A DNA stretch of 64,000 nucleotides. Origin: Vicugna vicugna (lineage: Eukaryota). The notes beneath the pieces were generated by a model, which was not told the DNA's origin, ran no database searches, and was given only the letters and a program-made list of their open reading frames with translations. This document shows positions 60,791 through 64,000 of the stretch, piece after piece (the stretch's first letter is position 1; each line of letters opens with the position of its first letter). The position numbers were made by a program, and so were the translations under genes. Where the stretch lies: assembly GCA_013265495.1 (NCBI GenBank), contig MU058257.1, positions 565,418 to 629,417 on the forward strand, in the 5' to 3' direction.

Positions 60791-62247
60791 ATTTTTCTTT
60801 TGATAGGAACACAAATGTGTGTAAACATTACTCACTCCTCCCTCCCCACATTCCCACATGCCCAAGGCGACCATGGCCTTTCTGCTGGGGATGGTCATAG
60901 CTTCTAGTCTGGGACCCAAGTGTTGAAGACTGCCCCGAGCCCATTCCAATGACAGCAGAAGGATCGGCTTGCCTTCAAGGAGGATCTGTACATTTCTATG
61001 TCATCACACAGCTTCCTTTAGCAGCAGAGCAAATTTTCAAAGATGCATCCCATTCACTGATCATTTAATCCTTCCACGTGACTCAATGGGGCAGATGCAC
61101 ACGAGCATGCAATAGACTGTCAAGACCAGGGATGGCATCTGGGCCTCTATTTTTGGCAGGAACACTTTCTGCCATGCCACAGTCCTCCTGGGGACAGGAT
61201 GGCCGCTGTCCTAGCAAGTTGATGTGTTGTAAGAGCTCCAGGACCAACCTTCCATAAAACACACAGAAGCTGCCTGGTTGGCCGAGTTCTCTCTTAGGCT
61301 TCACTTAGGAGACAGGGTTCAGAGGGAGATGTTCAACCTAAGACCGCACCTCCAGGGCTTTCCTTTCTTACTACCAACCAGTTGACCCCAAGAGAAATGC
61401 CTTTCTGACCCCTGCTGGCTACAAAAGCACATACACCTTGCGTAGAGAATCATTTCAGAGATGATGTCAGAATACTCTCCCAAACCCCCTCCCGCTGTGA
61501 TTGGGCAAGAAGGTTAAACGTGGGAAAGGTGGACTGGGTCCTGATTAAACAGGCTGGCAAGACAGAAACAAATAATCACCCTGTACATAGCAGTAATGGA
61601 GCAACAAAGTAAATATGAAGGGAGATGTTTGCCATCCATATTTAACTAGTGGATTAATGTACAGAGGGTGCACTGCACTCTGGAGAGCACTTAGGGGGAC
61701 CTGAGAGGCAGAAATGGCTCAATTATGATACACTGTCACAGTCAGGGAAGAGGGAGGGGCTGTCTGCATCACTTAACCTGAGGCTGCGAGCTCACACCAG
61801 AGGTAATCAAGGGTGATGAAGCATGGGAAGGATCGTGGGAGATAATTCCAGGCTCATTAGCATGAAGAATTTGTTGAGAGAAGAGAATGGGAAACATGCT
61901 GTAAATTCTGATCGAGAGTTCTTCTCCAAGGTCCCTGTATGTCTCCGTCCTCTTTATCAATCATTCTTTTAGGTTTCCTCAGTCCTTCATTTGCTCACCT
62001 AGGACAAAGGATCCAAGGACCACTTCACATCTTGGGGCAACATTTCCAACCATAAGTTGGCCTCATGTTCCTGTCTTGTGTTCATGCAACCAGATCTATT
62101 TCTCAGTCTCTCTCTCTCTCTCACCACTTCTCAGAATGGGGACATTGTCAAAGCCTTGCACACAAAATATTTTCCAGGAGTAAATAAGTGTGGGGCATTC
62201 TCAGCAAAAGATTAAAGTGTTGTTAGTGTATCAAAGCAGCTGTGATT

Positions 62248-62657
62248 TTTAAAAAAATTGAAGTGTAGTTGATTTATACACTGTGTTAGTTTCTGGCGCA
62301 GCACAGTGATCAGTTACACAGATGTTCTTTTGCTTTGTAGGTTGTTACAAGATACTGAGTCTAGCTCCCTGTGCTCTACAGTAGGACCTTGTTTATCTCT
62401 TTTATATAGAGTAATTTGTGTCTGCTAATCCCAAACCCCTGATTGATTCCTCCCTCTCTTCCCCTCTGGTAACCATAAGTTTGTTTTGCAATTAAGTTCA
62501 TTTGTGTAATTGTTTTTTAAGATTCTACATATAAGCAATATCATATATTTGTCTTTCTTTGTGTGACTTACTTCACTAAGTATGATAATCTCTAGGTCCA
62601 TACATGTTTCTGAAAATGGCATGATTTCATTCTTTTTTATGACTCAGCAGTACTCCA

Positions 62658-62696
<39 letters not shown>

Positions 62697-62772
62697 TCAC
62701 ACCACAACTTTATCCAGTTGTCTGTTGAGGGACATGTAGGTGGCTTCCATGTCTTGGCTGTTGTAAACAGTG
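62248..62772 (-). mobile_element. 5'-truncated LINE-1 3' end with internal (TG)n (~62660-62694)
   Basis: Antisense ORF2 tail (TAKTWKPPTCPSTDNWIK; MPFSETCMDLEIIILSEVS); perfect TSD AAAGCAGCTGTGATT at 62233-62247 and 62773-62787. Confidence 0.93.
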
Positions 62773-64000
62773 AAAGCAGCTGTGATTCTTCAAGAGGAAG
62801 GTAGTTGTATATAGCATTTCCCGAAAACAATAGTCCACAGACTCCTTTTTACGAAAGTGTCTTAAATAACTAAGATTCCACCAAAGACTTTTGGTGAAGG
62901 GCTCTTCTCTCCTCTTTGTCTTCCTCAATCAGCCCAGGAATTTCAGTTACCGAGTTCCCTCTACAACATTTTGTTCCTCCTTCCTTCGTGTTTGGGGTGA
63001 GACCCCCCCTGGCTGGTTTTCTGAGGCTCCCTGTACCAGGGAGTGGAAACGCCTGTGGCACCATCCAGAGACCCCGCCCCGCAGTGCGCATGGTGACTGC
63101 ACACTCCAGGGCTTTCCCCAGAGCACTCAACCCACGAATGTATTTTATCCTTAGGTGTTAGAATAGCATGCAGACGCTTTGGCACCTAATCAATTAAAAA
63201 AAAACATTGTTACTTATGAGGAAATGACAAATCTCAGTACCACTGAGACTGCGTCATATTCTGATACCATTTCTCTAGGAGCTAATGGGGTGTGAGCCTC
63301 TAAGGAGGCCAGGAACTTGGATGATCACCTCTCCATGGTTTAATATGCCAGAATCCCTGAATTTTCTCCTGGCATCTTCTGAAATTTTGTTCCCCACTCC
63401 ATTCTGAGTCTCACTAGCAGCTCCAGGAGCTGCACAGAAAGAGAGAAGCTTTGTTGCTGAGACAGGGAGACGTGCACCAGGAGATTAAAACCAACAGGGG
63501 TGAATTTCAGGTGTCAGGTCTCTCTAGAAGGGGCTGTGTTTCACGCCTACCTTGGCCACTACAGGTCTGGATGAATCTGGTCAAGTGGCTACCGCCTTTG
63601 TGTTTTGATCTCTTTCCTCATGGTGGAAAACACTGGTAGAGGTCTAATCCTTTTATAATAAACTAGGGGATGGCACATTTTCAGGTGGAAAATAATGGAT
63701 AACATGGCTTTGTGTTAGTTTTAATCAAAATGTCTATATTCAGATTGAGGTGGGTGATGCTCTGGTTGCAGTTATGGGCGAGGGGACATCCCTTCCTTTG
63801 TGTCTTCGTAGCTGTTGGCTGACCTGGGCTTTGGAGCAGAGGAAGCCTACCTTGCTCAGAGAGAGCAGGAATTAGGTGAGAAAGGTTCGTCCCAAGAAAG
63901 GCAATGGGAGGGGCAAACAAAAGATGTTAATCAGAGACCCAAGACTATGCCTCGCCTTAGAGAGCGGATTAGTTGGGTTGGGACAAGACAAAGAATGCTG

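Noticed and set aside
60088..60907. ORFs with KERK and CVCV repeats
   Set aside because: Translations of (TTTC)n and (TG)n microsatellites within an L1 fragment.

Overview
Mammalian genomic DNA, most likely camelid (inference from five copies of a tRNA-Ala-derived Vic-1-like SINE and the matching L1 3'UTR family). I found no recognisable host protein-coding exon, rRNA, true tRNA or CRISPR array; the window reads as intergenic or deep intronic, and I cannot name the locus. It is dominated by retroelements: a disabled L1 5'UTR+ORF1 joined head-to-head to antisense ORF2 pieces (7.6-10 kb), about 15 5'-truncated L1 3' ends (many with readable target-site duplications, TSDs), two related ERV1-type solo LTRs 53 kb apart, MaLR (MLT1) LTRs, and MIR/L2 relics. 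The most notable structure is a ~480-bp inverted duplication of mostly non-repeat DNA (45548-46029 vs 47628-48116, 1.6-kb spacer) whose spacer contains a twin-primed L1 insertion. Smaller oddities are a 30-bp dispersed duplication, a chimeric double L1 3' end, and a possible LTR-driven spliced non-coding transcript. Repeat family names come from recalled consensus sequences, not a database search. Boundaries without TSDs and identity figures are by-eye estimates.
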